Origin: Octopus sinensis
Taxonomy: Eukaryota
NCBI RefSeq assembly: GCF_006345805.1
Contig: NC_042999.1
Coordinates: 105,028,001 to 105,092,000, forward strand
Direction: 5' to 3'
Length of the DNA stretch: 64,000 nt
Position 1 is the first letter of the stretch. The number at the start of each line of letters is the position of its first letter. Made by a program: the position numbers and the translations under genes. The notes under the pieces were generated by a model. The model ran no database searches and was not told the DNA's origin. It saw nothing but the letters and a program-made list of their open reading frames with translations. Shown here piece after piece: positions 41,186-54,503 of the stretch.

Positions 41186-42561
41186 CTTCTTTCTTCAAAT
41201 TTTCTTCCGTTTCTCGCCGAGTGTTTTCCGTACACCTAGGGCAGAGAAGCTCATTGTATGCATTCTCAGATTACACACGCAAATTCACAGGTAAAATATG
41301 TATTTAAAAAATTAATAAATAAATAAATTCATGAATGGATGTTGTTTCCAGAGCGATAATGCTCTTGTCGGTACATGAGTTAAGATGATTTTTTTGCACT
41401 TCCTGTTGAGATGGTAAGCCTGGTATCATTTTCAAATAGGTTTCAGTACCTATATTTTATCATTGGTAGAGATCCTACAATCACTGGTACTGTAGTCGCC
41501 TTGAGATGCCACATATTTTCAATTTCTATTAGCAAGTCTTTATATTTACAAATCTTGTCAAATTCTTTCGCCGCTATATTGTGTTCGCAAGGAATACTCA
41601 TGTCAATTAATAAACACATCCTTTTTGTCTGATCATTTATGATAATATCCGGTTTATTTGATTTTATAGTTTTGTCGGTGTGTACTGGGAAGTCTCATAG
41701 AATCGACACATTTTCTACCTCAGTCACAGTTTCAGGGTGGTGTTTATACCATTTGTCAGCGGTTTTGATTTTATAATGCCGACATATTATACAGTGTAAA
41801 TACTGGCCGGCTCTGTCATGTCTTGCTTTATATTCTACAGGTGCTAAAACTCTACACCCTGAGATTAGATGGTCTATTGTTTCAATCTCTTCGTTACAGA
41901 ATCGGCATTTTGGGTCAGCTCCATTTTTTATCATATTGGCTTGGTAGTTCCGGGTTAATAAGCATTGGTCTTGAGCAGCTAATATGAAACCTTCACTCTC
42001 CGCTTTTAGCCCTGATCTTCGTAACCATTGGTGCGTGTTTTTCTGGTCGACATCAGCTTGTTTGCTACGGGCCACATACTTGCCATGGAGAGGTTTCTCA
42101 TCCCATCTGCTAGCTAATTTTTCATGCGCTTTTGTCTTTGCAATCAATTTTCTTTTCTTTGCAGCAGCATTTGGCGCATTTCCTTCAACCTGATCAATCT
42201 GGTAGATATCTAAGAGATCGGTAGCGAATTTTTTGCTCTCTTTCAGAATAGAGTGAAGTTTTTTCGGTCTTTCATGTTTTTCAACAAGTTTTAGCATCCA
42301 ATCGTTGTTTGCTTCAAGGTAATTGGCCTGTCCGATTGTGGTGGTTTTGTACGTAAGTTGAAGCTGGAACAAACCTCGTCCTCTCTGAGCTCTAGGAAGG
42401 TAAAGACGATCTACGTCTGCCTTTGGATGGTGCATCTTATTACAAGTCAGTAGCTTGCGGATTTTTCTGTCAATTTTTATTATTTCACTGGTATTCCAGT
42501 TAAGCTCATTGAAGCTATAAAGAACAACTGGGACTGCTAAGGAATTTATGATCAAAACCTT

Positions 42562-42563
<2 letters not shown>
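41185..42563 (-). mobile_element. R4/Dong-like LINE, 5'-truncated (second family)
   Basis: ORF 41695-42627: NSLAVPVV..HHPKADVDRLYLPR..CRFCNEEIETIDHLISGC..RHD; 3' UTR shared with 35541-35640; (AAT)n tail. Confidence 0.9.
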
Positions 42564-42597
<34 letters not shown>

Positions 42598-42604
42598 ATT
42601 AAAG

Positions 42605-43135
42605 ATATTATTATATGCCAAATTCATTGTCAGGAATGTTGTCTTGTAGTTTGTTGAAAAGAAGGCAAGTCAAGTTTTCGGATTTCTATAGAATTGCACT
42701 TTTCTTTAGAGCGGCAATGCCCATCGATGTCCCAATATTTTCCTGTCTTTGAGTTGGCAGTTTCTTAGTTGTGCCAAAAGCTCTAGTTATTATGTGCACG
42801 ATAGTTACATTTCACTTCCAGAATTGATTAATCTTTCTAAGTCATTATATTTCTCAATGTTTTAACTCCACTATCATATGGAATTGCAAAGTCGCTATAA
42901 GTTTATTCCCTTTGGGACTACATATCTTCCTTTTGCTTCAATAGTATGGTCAGTGTTTGTGATGAAATCCCATAAAATTCTATAATTATCAGCCTTGGCT
43001 CGCGTTCCTATCAATTGGCCGCCGCTTTCGTGCCTGCACTTATAGGTTTTGTGCGTTAGCTTACTGTATCCACTTTAGAGATGGTTAATGTGTTCGTCTA
43101 TCCTCCTCCTCTTCCTTGTCGTATTTGATGTCGTT
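42605..43135 (-). mobile_element. R4/Dong-like REL-domain fragment (third family)
   Basis: ILWDFITNTDHTIEA and LIATLQFH/DFAIPYDS-like region; decayed. Confidence 0.6.
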
Positions 43136-43150
43136 CTTAATTATAATAAT

Positions 43151-43203
<53 letters not shown>

Positions 43204-44038
43204 TATACCCAAGAAATTAATAAAATATCGAATTCGAAAAATGCGTTAGGCAACATTTAAGACGGGATAATTAAATAGAAATACTAATAAAATGTTAGCT
43301 AAAGAAACTGAGATAAGAGAATTGCAACAAACACTACATGTAAATAAGTAGAAAGCATTTAAACATATATTGTACAACACACACAGGTGACAGAAAAGAT
43401 TTGGAAGCGATAGCATAAAAACATTAAATAAATCGGTAAAAAGAGAGCTGAGTGCGAATAAGAGCAATTCACATTAATACACTTGCTCTCCTATTAATGT
43501 TATGATGTTGAAAATAGAATTGGAAGCGAACTATTAAGAGTAATCAAAAGTCAACGACGGCTTAACAGGTACTATTGCAAGAGTATGCTTACCATAACGA
43601 AAATTTTATAGTCGTAACCTAGAAAACTATCATAATGTGTGCCCCTGGTTATCTAACATTATCAGCAAACAAATAATCCTGGAATAAATAATATTTACTA
43701 TCGGGTGGAGAATTGCCACGAAGTGCTAGAAGTATTACGAGTGATACAGAAATGATAGTTCGGTACAATGGAAGTCTTCAAGTGTCGGCAATGCCCTTAA
43801 TAAAAGGGAGAAATTTTTGTCATAATTACTCATACACAAATGTATATGTGAGCAATGCCTTCAATCATAGTTATTCCATGCAAATTTTACTTCTAGCCGG
43901 TTGACCTTCTCCGTCAAACAGTCTCTAATACGCACTATCACTTCCTGCCCAAGAACACGAATAGGGACGGACAATTCCGACGCACCAAAATGAACTTCTG
44001 CATTTAATGCATTTAACCAAAATGCATTTCTGTATTCC

Positions 44039-44089
<51 letters not shown>

Positions 44090-44563
44090 TTCTGTTGATG
44101 TGTATCAGTTTTATACTGGATACACATCAACAGACTATCTTGTAATATACGTTGGTATATTTCATACCCATCTCTACGACATTGACAAAAAAACTGCATA
44201 TTTTGATGCAAAATAAATAATTAACAAATAAATAATAAGTAATAATTTAATGAATAATAAGAACATAAAAGATAAATAGAACTTTCACGAACTTAAGCCG
44301 GTTCCACGAACTTAAAACGATTTAACAGTGAATACCCGCTCTTGCAAATGGAAACACTACACTGGCCAGAAATATGAATAAGGTACAAACGGCTGAAAAC
44401 TAGTCTTTATTTCTTTCTCCATTACAATCATTGCACACATTGATACGTTTCAAAATTAAGGGAGGCAATTCGGTGATGTGAAATAGCAAATAAATGACCG
44501 TGAGCGCGGAAAAAGAAGAAGAATACATTTTCAATAGGACACAGAGAACATGAATTAGACCCT

Positions 44564-44950
44564 CTGTGTGAAAAGTAGCTTGCTTACAATCCACATGGTT
44601 CCGGGTCCAGTCCCACTGCGTGGCACCTTGAGCAAGTGTCTTCTACTATAGCCTCGGGACGATCAAAGCCTTGTGAGTGGATTTGGTAGACGGAAACTGA
44701 AAGTAGCCCGTCGTATGTTTATATATTTATATGTGTGTGTGTGTGTGTGTTTGCCCCCCCCCCCCCAACATCACTTGACAACCGATGCTGGTGTGTCTAC
44801 GTCCCCGTAACTTAGTGGTTCGGCAAAAGAGACCGGCAGAATAAGTAATAGGCTTCCAAAGAATAAGTCCTGGGGTTGATTTGCTCGACTAAAGGCGGTG
44901 CTCCAGCAAGGCCGCAGTCAAATGACTGAAACAAAGGAATAAAAAAGAAT
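44564..44950 (+). mobile_element. SINE family B, near full length
   Basis: Same blocks as 23163-23556. Confidence 0.9.
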
Positions 44951-45027
44951 AAACAATTCGAATGATATTCTACCGACGGCCCAACCATGAGCATTTGGTA
45001 CCTTGTGCAGCAACGCTGAGACACGTA

Positions 45028-45700
45028 CAAGGTGGCCTGAAAGTCACTAAGGGAGTACAAATTTTGATAATTCTGTCATTTTTTGACATCTTTCTTTTGT
45101 TTTCAGGGATTGTATGGAAAATATGGCAGCATACAATGCACCCAAGTGATGAAATAGTTCTATCAAACCCAAAGGCCAAATAATTTAAATCCAGAGAGAT
45201 TCGCCAAGTGAGAGATGTTCCAATTGAAAACAATTAGAGACTAAGTTCGTCGTTTTGAAAAAACAAGGGGCAGTAAGTGATCTCCCACGATCTTCAAAAC
45301 TTTGCACTGTCAGATCTGATGAGGTAAGGGAATGAATACATGAAAGTATTGAACAGAATCCAGGCACGTCGAATTCAAGACGGTCCAGACAGTTTGAAAC
45401 TTCCCAAACTTCGCTGCAAACAGTTCTCTGGAGTCTTAACCTTTTCCCATACAAGATACACTTGGTTCAACGGTTGAAGCCCTACGATTGTGAATACAGA
45501 CTCCAATATGCTATCAGAATCCAGGAATTGGCACGAAATGACTCAACTTTTACACAAGAATTGATCATGTCTGATGAAGCTCACTTTTATTTGAAGGAGT
45601 TCATCAACAGAGAAAATTGCCGATTTTGAGTCACTGAGAATCCGATAGCACTACACCAAAGGGAATTGCACCCCGTAAAGTGTGAAGATGTCATTGAATA
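45028..45700 (+). mobile_element. Tc1/mariner-superfamily transposon 5' half (rosa/DUF4817-like)
   Basis: TA then CAAGGTGG terminus; GAVSDLPRS..LNLFPYKIHLVQRLKP..IMSDEAHFYL..NRENCRF*VTENP. Confidence 0.75.
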
Positions 45701-46599
45701 CGTCATTTTTCACACGTAATGCAGAGCTATGGGGGAAAAGGACTAATGCAAACTGTTCTCCATTATCTCCTCTTTACTGAATTAAAATTTTATACATATA
45801 TTTGTAAAAATAAGGGAGTTATTAAAAGTAATCCTCCTCAGCAACTTCTGCGCTACACTGTTAGATATCATCGCTGAACAGAATGCGGTTCCAATAATGT
45901 TCACTTTACACTTCTCTTCTGTTGGGCCTAAAAGTTTTGATTAACATATTTTTGTATGTTTGCGGAAAAAAGAAATCACCAGACACACACACACACACAC
46001 ACATACACACATAGAGAGAGAGGAAGAAAAAAGATAGATAAATACATTTACTTATATTAATATTATAGCAATATATATATATATAATATATAATATATAT
46101 TATATATATAATTATAATTAGGGTTCAGCTAATTGCTTCACCACATAACGAATTTAGAGATAGGAGTTAAAATTCCTTTTCTGCTACTATATGAGTCTCC
46201 ATGATGGTAAACATACTTTTTTTTACGAAGGTAAAGCGAAAGACAATGAATCAATACGACCAAGATTAAATATATACGGGTTTCGAGATTAAAGTGATTT
46301 AAAATTTACTTCTCTTTTCAGTATAATATTTCCAATTTATAAAATTTTGAAAGTGCTAAAGCTGAATATGTACACAATCGATCGTCATCATGTAACAGAT
46401 GTCCAACCAACACTTACAAAATGTACAGAACCGAATGTGAATACACTATTCAAACTCTATATCCATGTGTATTCTACAAGTAATACCGCAGAAAACTGAA
46501 GTATTCTATCATGGAGTAAATTATAATTTTGGATTAATAATTGAAGGGTAAAATTTATTAATTAAATTAATCAATTAATTAATTTAATTAATAATTCCT

Positions 46600-46738
46600 C
46601 TCCCTGTTTACTTCTGTGTTCCTTTCTGTTGAAGAGCGTAGGCTCGAAACCTGAAACACTTTCTCACTTCCCGAGCGTTAAACTAATGCATCTGCTTGTT
46701 GTTACGCACCCATGTTCGCCTTTGTTTTTTTTAATTCT

Positions 46739-46740
<2 letters not shown>
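46600..46740 (+). mobile_element. PLE pLTR-like repeat with a variant HHR-like motif
   Basis: cttt-CTGTTGA-a-GAGC-gtag-GCTC-GAAAC; related copies at 50560-50660 and 10948-11026; followed by (TA)n. Confidence 0.5.
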
Positions 46741-46776
<36 letters not shown>

Positions 46777-46782
46777 ATATAT

Positions 46783-46836
<54 letters not shown>

Positions 46837-46837
46837 A

Positions 46838-46896
<59 letters not shown>

Positions 46897-47519
46897 TGCA
46901 CTTACTCATACATCTTCCAATTCCGTCTATAATTTACTTAATGTATACACATATAAGAAAAATTTACACTCTGCTGGAAACTACATTTTCACAGCTTGAG
47001 AGCGACATGATTCAATGAGTTGCTATTCAATAAACAAATGCTTTGTTTTTATTTAACAAATGCCAGTTCATAACTAAAATAATATATAACTAATGTCATT
47101 GAATTTTCTTCATACATTTTTTCATGACGGACATAACATTGCTGCTGATGATGACAACGGGTACGAAAATTATATCTTGATGGTAATGATGCTGTGAGGC
47201 ATAGATCAGTTGTGATTGATATTGGTGTGTATTATTATATTAATTTACTGGTTTCAGTCGAGTAGCAGTAAATATGCTGACGTACTGCCTTCATAGGTTT
47301 TTAGTACTAATTTCAATGTTACAGTTTCTCAATAGCTTTCTGCTGCTCGGATAGTTGGTCGTTTAAGAGAAAGTGACGCAAAGTGAGATGCTATTATGCG
47401 CATGCATATAGAAACATACACACGCGAGTACACAAACACCTACGCTGAAGCACGTTCAATACATGTAAGCAATTTATTCATACGAGCACTCAGACACTCA
47501 CATGTACATACGTGGTTAC

Positions 47520-47700
<181 letters not shown>

Positions 47701-47734
47701 ATTTACATGTCCATCTGTATAATAATCTATATAA

Positions 47735-47880
47735 TGATTTTAAAATTTTGCATAAAGCCAGCAATTCTGGAGGAGAGGACAGGTCGATTACATCGATTTT
47801 ATCGAGCATGATGAGAGGCAATGTAGACCTCAGCTAAGCGTTTTCTCCGCTATGCTAACGATTCTGCAATCAAGGCGCCT
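47735..47880 (-). mobile_element. Decayed SINE family A copy
   Basis: gtcgattacatcga..ttttatcga..gctaacgattctgc. Confidence 0.6.
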
Positions 47881-49672
47881 TATTAAGAATGATTGCCTCA
47901 TCTTGTCAAGTGATCGCCATCTTACATTAAGCCTCAGTGTTGTGATTTACTTCCATCCTTGCATGACCGCGGATACCCATCAAGAAATGAAATAGTATTG
48001 AGATATCTGCACCTCACTGGATTCAGGTGACAAAAATGTGTACAACATTTTTGCCGTTCTCTCAGTCGCCGAAGTAGATTCCAGTGACAAACATTGCAAG
48101 ATGACTAGTACTATTTTGACTGCAATATTTATGTTAGAGTATCATTCTCCTAAAAGTGCTACCTTGTCTAGGGCTTTGTTAAAAATAACGAGAGCTTTTC
48201 TACCTTTCGGAAATCTATTATACCAATGGATGTTCGTCTTTGGTGCAACCATATGATAATGAACAAATAACATATTTCAGCAAACACTGCCTCTATAGGT
48301 TTTTAGAAAACCTTACATAGAGACAATGGAAAGATTTAAACAGGTCATTTTATGCAAAGTCAACGTTGAGAAATAGTTATTGAACACACATAAAAGTTTC
48401 AGTTTGAAACAAAAGCTAAGCTATAGGCTACATGTGTCTAAATTCTCATACAAAGGCTGCGTATATAGTTAACATGATTAAGGGCTTTATTGAATTGGAT
48501 GCACGGATTTCCATAAATAATGCATTAGCTTCTTGAATAAATTGGTGATGCGTTAGTAGCGTTAAAGTTTGGTATTGCAATGTACTACAGAGTGAATCTA
48601 TAGATTAGAGACAATACATTGTAATTTACATTTAATGAAGTAAAGTATTAACTCGTGGAAGAATCGTATATTTGTATGATATACGAATGGGCAGGAAAGG
48701 CGAGACTATGCACAGTTGTTCATTTTATCATTGCTTGCATGTATATATGTCTGTATGTGTGAGTATGCGATTGACTGTATGTCTGTGCGCATGTGTGTGT
48801 ATTTGTGATTGTGTGTTTGTGTGTGCGTATCTGTGTGTGTGTGCGTGTCTGTGCGTGTGAGCATGTCTGAATGTGTGTACGTGCGTGCGTATATGTGTGC
48901 TTGTTTGCTTATTATATCAAAAGTCGACTGTCTAGAATGAAACAGATTGGTCCAAGGCGAAACGAGTCTCAATTGGTGCGAACAATGTAACCTGGTGCAA
49001 GATTCGGAGAATGCTATCAAATATTAATGTGTTAAAAGTATCTAAACACTCCATTGAGCGTCTTGCGATCTGCAGTATGTGATGTTTGAAAAAAACAAAA
49101 ACGTTAATGCATTTTACTGTCATATTGCGATATACATACAAACGTGATTTTATATATATATGTATATATATATATGTATACATATACATATGCATATGTA
49201 TATTATATATATACATACACATATACACATCATACATACATATATTCATACACACACCCACATGTAAGACAGTACACTGTTGTTCGTATTAATCATTCAG
49301 ATAATATGTATATATATACATACATACATACACACACGCACATATATATATATTTATATACATATGCATTCATACATTAATGTATATAGGTTTCCATCGC
49401 CATGAAACAATAACGCTGTGTGAAACTACATTCTTCTAGCTTGACAGTGTGATAATTCAATAAGTTGATATTCAATACAAACAATGTTTTGGTTTCACTT
49501 CACAAATGCCATTTTACCACTTTAAACGGTATAAATTAAAATTATTGAATTTTCCGCTTGTTCTTTTTTCCTAAATATTATATTGCTGTCGGCTATAATA
49601 TTGCTATATTGAAGGGACCGTGAATAATGCGATACGTGTGTGTGTCTGCGTTAGTGTCTGATTTTGTGTATG

Positions 49673-49802
<130 letters not shown>

Positions 49803-50559
49803 ATATATACTGTCTTTTAGTTTTTACTTGTTCCAGTGATTACACTGGTATCTTGGTAAATGGAGAATTTTTAGTTGAATGAATTGACCCCAATACTTAA
49901 TATTTTTTTGCTAAGGGCGCTTGAACATTTAATATCCTACTACAATCATGGCATCCCTCAATAATCTTCTTCTTCTTCTTTCACAGGAATTCACAACGAC
50001 GTCGAACCCACAAGAATAAACAAGAGAGACAGGGACGGGCAGAAACAAGGAAAACGTCCCTTGTATTTGAATACTATGCAAATATTCTTTCAGAAAAACT
50101 TTCCTTTTAATTCTTCCAAAATTTTGTTTTCCATACTTACAGTTGAAAAAGTCTGAATCACTGTAACCGGTACTGAAGTGTTTTTTATAAAATTGTTTTA
50201 GCATTTTTCTACGTTGACTTTTTTCGATGTGTATATATATATAAAACACCATCATACCACACCACACACCACTACACCATACACACAACACATCACATTA
50301 CATCAAACCACCACACACACAATAGCATTGACCATTTCCCAGTCCCATATCTTCACCCCTATACATACACACATGCACACGTCAATGACACCAACCCTCT
50401 TCCACACGCACGTACATAGTCTCTTATACTTAGGCATGCACACCTTCGTTTTGGAATCACCAATACTTTATTATCTTCCCTTCTTCCTAACTCTCCTATG
50501 AGACACTTCTGTCTGGCATTCGCCATGATAGATTGCTAACCACTACACATTCTTTATTT

Positions 50560-50660
50560 TATTTCCTTGTTTCCTTCTGTGTTCCTTTCTTTGGAAAAGC
50601 ATAGGTTCGAAACGTTAAAGAGTTTTTCACTTCCCGAGTGTTTACACCTACTTATTATTT
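50560..50660 (+). mobile_element. Second copy of the variant HHR-like repeat
   Basis: ttctgtgttcctttct..gaa.agc.tagg.tcgaaacgttaaagag..ttcacttcccgag. Confidence 0.55.
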
Positions 50661-51093
50661 TCTTTTTTTGTATTTAAAAAGTGTAAGTATAAACACATGA
50701 AAAAAATAAACAAAAACAAATTACACGAACGTGTATAAATAAGAGATACAAATAATACAGGCCCTCTCCCCCCCACACTAACTAAACATAGACACACATA
50801 GGGGTATACGCATGCGCAAAGAAACACGGATACAATAGGAATACAAAATACAAAATGGCTGACCGTTAATAAGGAGAGGCTCACAAATAAGAAAGAAGAA
50901 AGCAAAGGACCACTAATGAGGTCACAGTAGTGTGACGAAAGAACTTTGGCCGAAATAAGATTAAGATTGATGTAAAAAAATAAATAAAAGTGAAGCAAAT
51001 TAACATCAAATATATAGTGCGTGTGTTTTATTGGCTAAACTGGCAAAACGACCATTCCTAAATACAGCAATATATATATATATGTATATATAC

Positions 51094-51150
<57 letters not shown>

Positions 51151-51153
<3 letters not shown>

Positions 51154-51536
51154 TAGCAGCATCGTCCGGCGTTGCTCGGATTTGTAAGGGAAATAACTAT
51201 AGAAGCATTTTTAGAGATGTAAAGTATAATAGTCATCTCAATATGGCTAACCACAAAGGGGGGGTGTTACTGTACCTTCTTAAGTTCTGAGATTTAATAA
51301 TAAATTTTTAGAGAGTTACTTCCCTTATATATGCCAAAAATGCATTAAAAAATGGGAGAAATTGATGGTCATTTTTTTAAAAATCGTAGACTCATCGTAG
51401 GCGCGCGCTAATACCCAGAAGGGCTCGATATGAATCACGACTATAAGATACCCGGTTTTGGTTAAACTGCACCGCAAAATGTGGGAGCAGTTAGGAATCT
51501 AAATCGTAGGAGACAGACAGCACACAACCTCTCTTT

Positions 51537-51545
<9 letters not shown>
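51151..51545 (+). mobile_element. Non-autonomous Helitron/Helentron-like element inserted in (TA)n
   Basis: 5' TACTAGCAG..TCCGGCGTTGCTCGG; 3' agacagacagcacacaacctctcttttatatata. Confidence 0.6.
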
Positions 51546-51604
<59 letters not shown>

Positions 51605-51681
51605 TATATATTTATATACACGCACGCACATATATATGTATACAGACACACACACACACACACACATATATTTATATATAT

Positions 51682-52400
51682 CAGTGGCGACTCCAGCGCA
51701 CGGGCTGTTCGGGCTTAGCCCGCGTAAAAATTTAATAAATTGAACGTGTATTTGCAAGCTGATTTAATTTCTACCAACACTGACTTCAAGTGTGTAATTA
51801 CAGTCAATATCTCGGGTTTCTTTTATTTAGCCTGGTCGCAACTTATTTATTTTCGTTCAGCGTTTGGCAGTGTCTTGGAAGTGGTCTATGTCAAAATATA
51901 TCACTTTTAGCAGACGTTCTCTCGATATAGTTCACACGCGCCTGACTCAGGCTCAAAAGTTACAGCCCGAGATTTTATCTATAATCGTAAAAATTGAAAG
52001 TGATTCAGATTCAATGTTTTCTTGTAACGATAAATTTCTATACAGATTAGTATTTAAATTCCAATCTATGAAAAGTTTCCGTTCTGCAATATTCTTAAAG
52101 GAACCAAAATTTATCCAGCAACTCGGACTAATTCGAATGAGCATAGTTAGTGTGAAAAAACTAACTGGGATCTCTTGTGAAGAGCACAGACGACAGTCAG
52201 ATCACTGATGTTTGTTGTACACTTAGCTGTCGCTATTTGAAGGCTGTTATTCTGTGCGTCTGTGTGCAAAGATCAGTTGTGTTTGCAGGGTTGCTTTATC
52301 TTCACTCTTAAATTAGAAATGGAGAAAGGCATAGTGCTGTATATATAAAATAGCCAATTGGGGCTAGAAATAAAGCCGATATATGTGAAATTCTTCGAGA
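51682..52400 (-). mobile_element. hAT-like transposon 3' end fossil
   Basis: CAGTGGCG terminus; minus-strand IPVS..ERKLF..NTNLYRNLSLQENIESESLSIFTI resembles the hATC dimerisation domain. Confidence 0.5.
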
Positions 52401-52771
52401 AGGCATATATCATATGCGAAATGTGTGATGAGCCCGAGATACCTTAAAATGTGTGTAAGTTTTTTGTTATTAATTTCTAGAGACAAAACAAAAATGCGAT
52501 TTTTGTCATCAACATGCAAGAGTACAGAAGTATACTTTTTGAAAATGACGTAGTGAATATTTGAAAAACTTCAAAATGGCTGATATCTCCACTCACTTTC
52601 CAAATCAGGTTATGCATAAAAATCATTTGTCATAATCATGAAAGAAACATTATTTTGTATCTTTATGAAGAAGACATGTGTAATATATATATATATGTAT
52701 ATAGTATATATATATATAATACGTATATATTCACATATATATATGTATATATATATAAATATGTATGTTTG

Positions 52772-52855
<84 letters not shown>

Positions 52856-52875
52856 ATATATATATATATATGTGT

Positions 52876-52972
<97 letters not shown>

Positions 52973-53315
52973 TAGGCAAGGACAATACGTGATTTAGTTG
53001 AAACAGTCCTTCCCGCAAAGCAAATGAAATAAAATTTGAGATTTTTTGCGGAGTGTGAAAGTGGTAACAAGAACAGGACAGTGAGAACAAGATAGTAAGA
53101 ACAAATGGTGAGGGCTGTGAATCGAAGACGATCGAACAATTATACAATTATTATGAACGCTAGGAAGACGAGCTTATGAGAGGAGACAGGTAGAAGCACG
53201 TGTTGTCTTTAGCAAGGAAATAGGCAGTAAGATAGATTCTCTTTCATCATGTGTCAGCGACGAGGGAGTCAAGGAAGAAGAGTGAAGGAGGGGAAACGGT
53301 GAAGTGGATAAATAC

Positions 53316-53375
<60 letters not shown>

Positions 53376-53494
53376 ACAATCAAGGAACGGCCATGATAGG
53401 CCATTCACCCACTAGAAATAACAGCCAAAGCTTCAACCGCAAATAAAGATTAATTCCGTAAACAGGAGAAAATTTAAAAAACATTTACCCTGTA

Positions 53495-53601
53495 ATTTCT
53501 TGTACGATGCACCGTTTCATCTGCTGTTTAATGGTAAACTAACCTGATTAAATTAAATCAAGCCAATCTTCCATAGGCCCTCAGATTCTTCAGCAAGAAA
53601 T
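53495..53601 (-). ncRNA. Type I hammerhead ribozyme, unit 1
   Basis: Minus strand: ATTTCTTG-CTGAAGA-ATCTG-(58 nt)-CAGAT-GAAAC-GGTGCATC-GTA-CAAGAAAT; 8-bp helix I, intact core, cleavage predicted between 53503 and 53502. Confidence 0.9.
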
Positions 53602-53986
53602 ACCCAAGTCGGAACAGATATTTTCACGAGGCATTTCAAACCCTGCCAAGGTAATATCTGACCTAAAATTTTCAAATCGTCGCACTCGCGCCAAATTTAT
53701 CGGCAGCAAATAAATATAAGCCGTCGATTCCATTACGGAATTAACCAGAAAATTCATAATTAATCAATATAGGGTGGCAGAAAAAAATTTTGTAGAATTC
53801 TTTTTGCCACCAGCGGCCTAGTGGGAAAAAATTAAATAGTCATAGACCATTTTTAAGTTCAGCATCAACAATCAAGGAACGGCCATGATAGGCCATTCAC
53901 CCACTAGAAATAACAGCCAAAGCTTCAACCGCAAATAAAGATTAATTCCGTAAACAGGAGAAAATTTAAAAAACATTTACCCTGTA

Positions 53987-54093
53987 ATTTCTTGTACGAT
54001 GCACCGTTTCATCTGCTGTTTAATGGTAAACTAACCTGATTAAATTAAATCAAGCCAATCTTCCATAGGCCCTCAGATTCTTCAGCAAGAAAT
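53987..54093 (-). ncRNA. Type I hammerhead ribozyme, unit 2
   Basis: Identical to unit 1 across the ribozyme; cleavage predicted between 53995 and 53994. Confidence 0.9.
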
Positions 54094-54247
54094 AGCCAAG
54101 TCGGAACAGATATTTTCACGAGGCATTTCAAACCCTGCCAAGGTAATATCTGACCTAAAATTTTCAAATCGTCGCACTCGCGCCAAATTTATCGGCAGCA
54201 AATAAATATAAGCCCTCGATTCCATTACGGAATTAACCAGAAAATGC

Positions 54248-54503
54248 ATAATTAATCAATATAGGGTGGCAGAAAAAAATTTTGTAGAATTCTTTTTGCC
54301 ACCAGCGGCCTAGTGGGAAAAAATTAAATAGTCATAGACCATTTTTAAGTTCAACATCAACAATCAAGGAACGGCCTATCATGGCCGTTCCTTGATTGTT
54401 GATGTTGAACTTAAAAATGGTCTATGACTATTTAATTTTTTCCCACTAGGCCGCTGGTGGCAAAAAGAATTCTACAAAATTTTTTTCTGCCACCCTATAT
54501 TGA

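Noticed and set aside
43891-43997. Possible minus-strand exon EVHFGASELSVPIRVLGQEVIVRIRDCLTEKVNRLE with AG/GT ends
   Set aside because: No recognisable homology, an equally plausible plus-strand frame exists, and it could not be joined to other candidates. Needs RNA-seq or tBLASTn.
45310-45600. CTGATGA motifs at ~45317 and ~45571
   Set aside because: They lie in transposase codons (RSDE, SDEAH) and have no ribozyme helices.
48925-49075. Possible exon (plus NETDWSKAKR.. ending at GTATGT, or minus IARRSMECL..)
   Set aside because: Weak acceptor or donor depending on strand; no recognisable protein.
49970-50170. Possible exon with KR/GKR sites resembling a neuropeptide precursor
   Set aside because: The dibasic sites are likely chance in purine-rich sequence, and there is no good donor.
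53372-54356. Tandem repeat as a CRISPR array or satellite
   Set aside because: There are no spacers and only two units in eukaryotic DNA; the embedded ribozymes explain it better.
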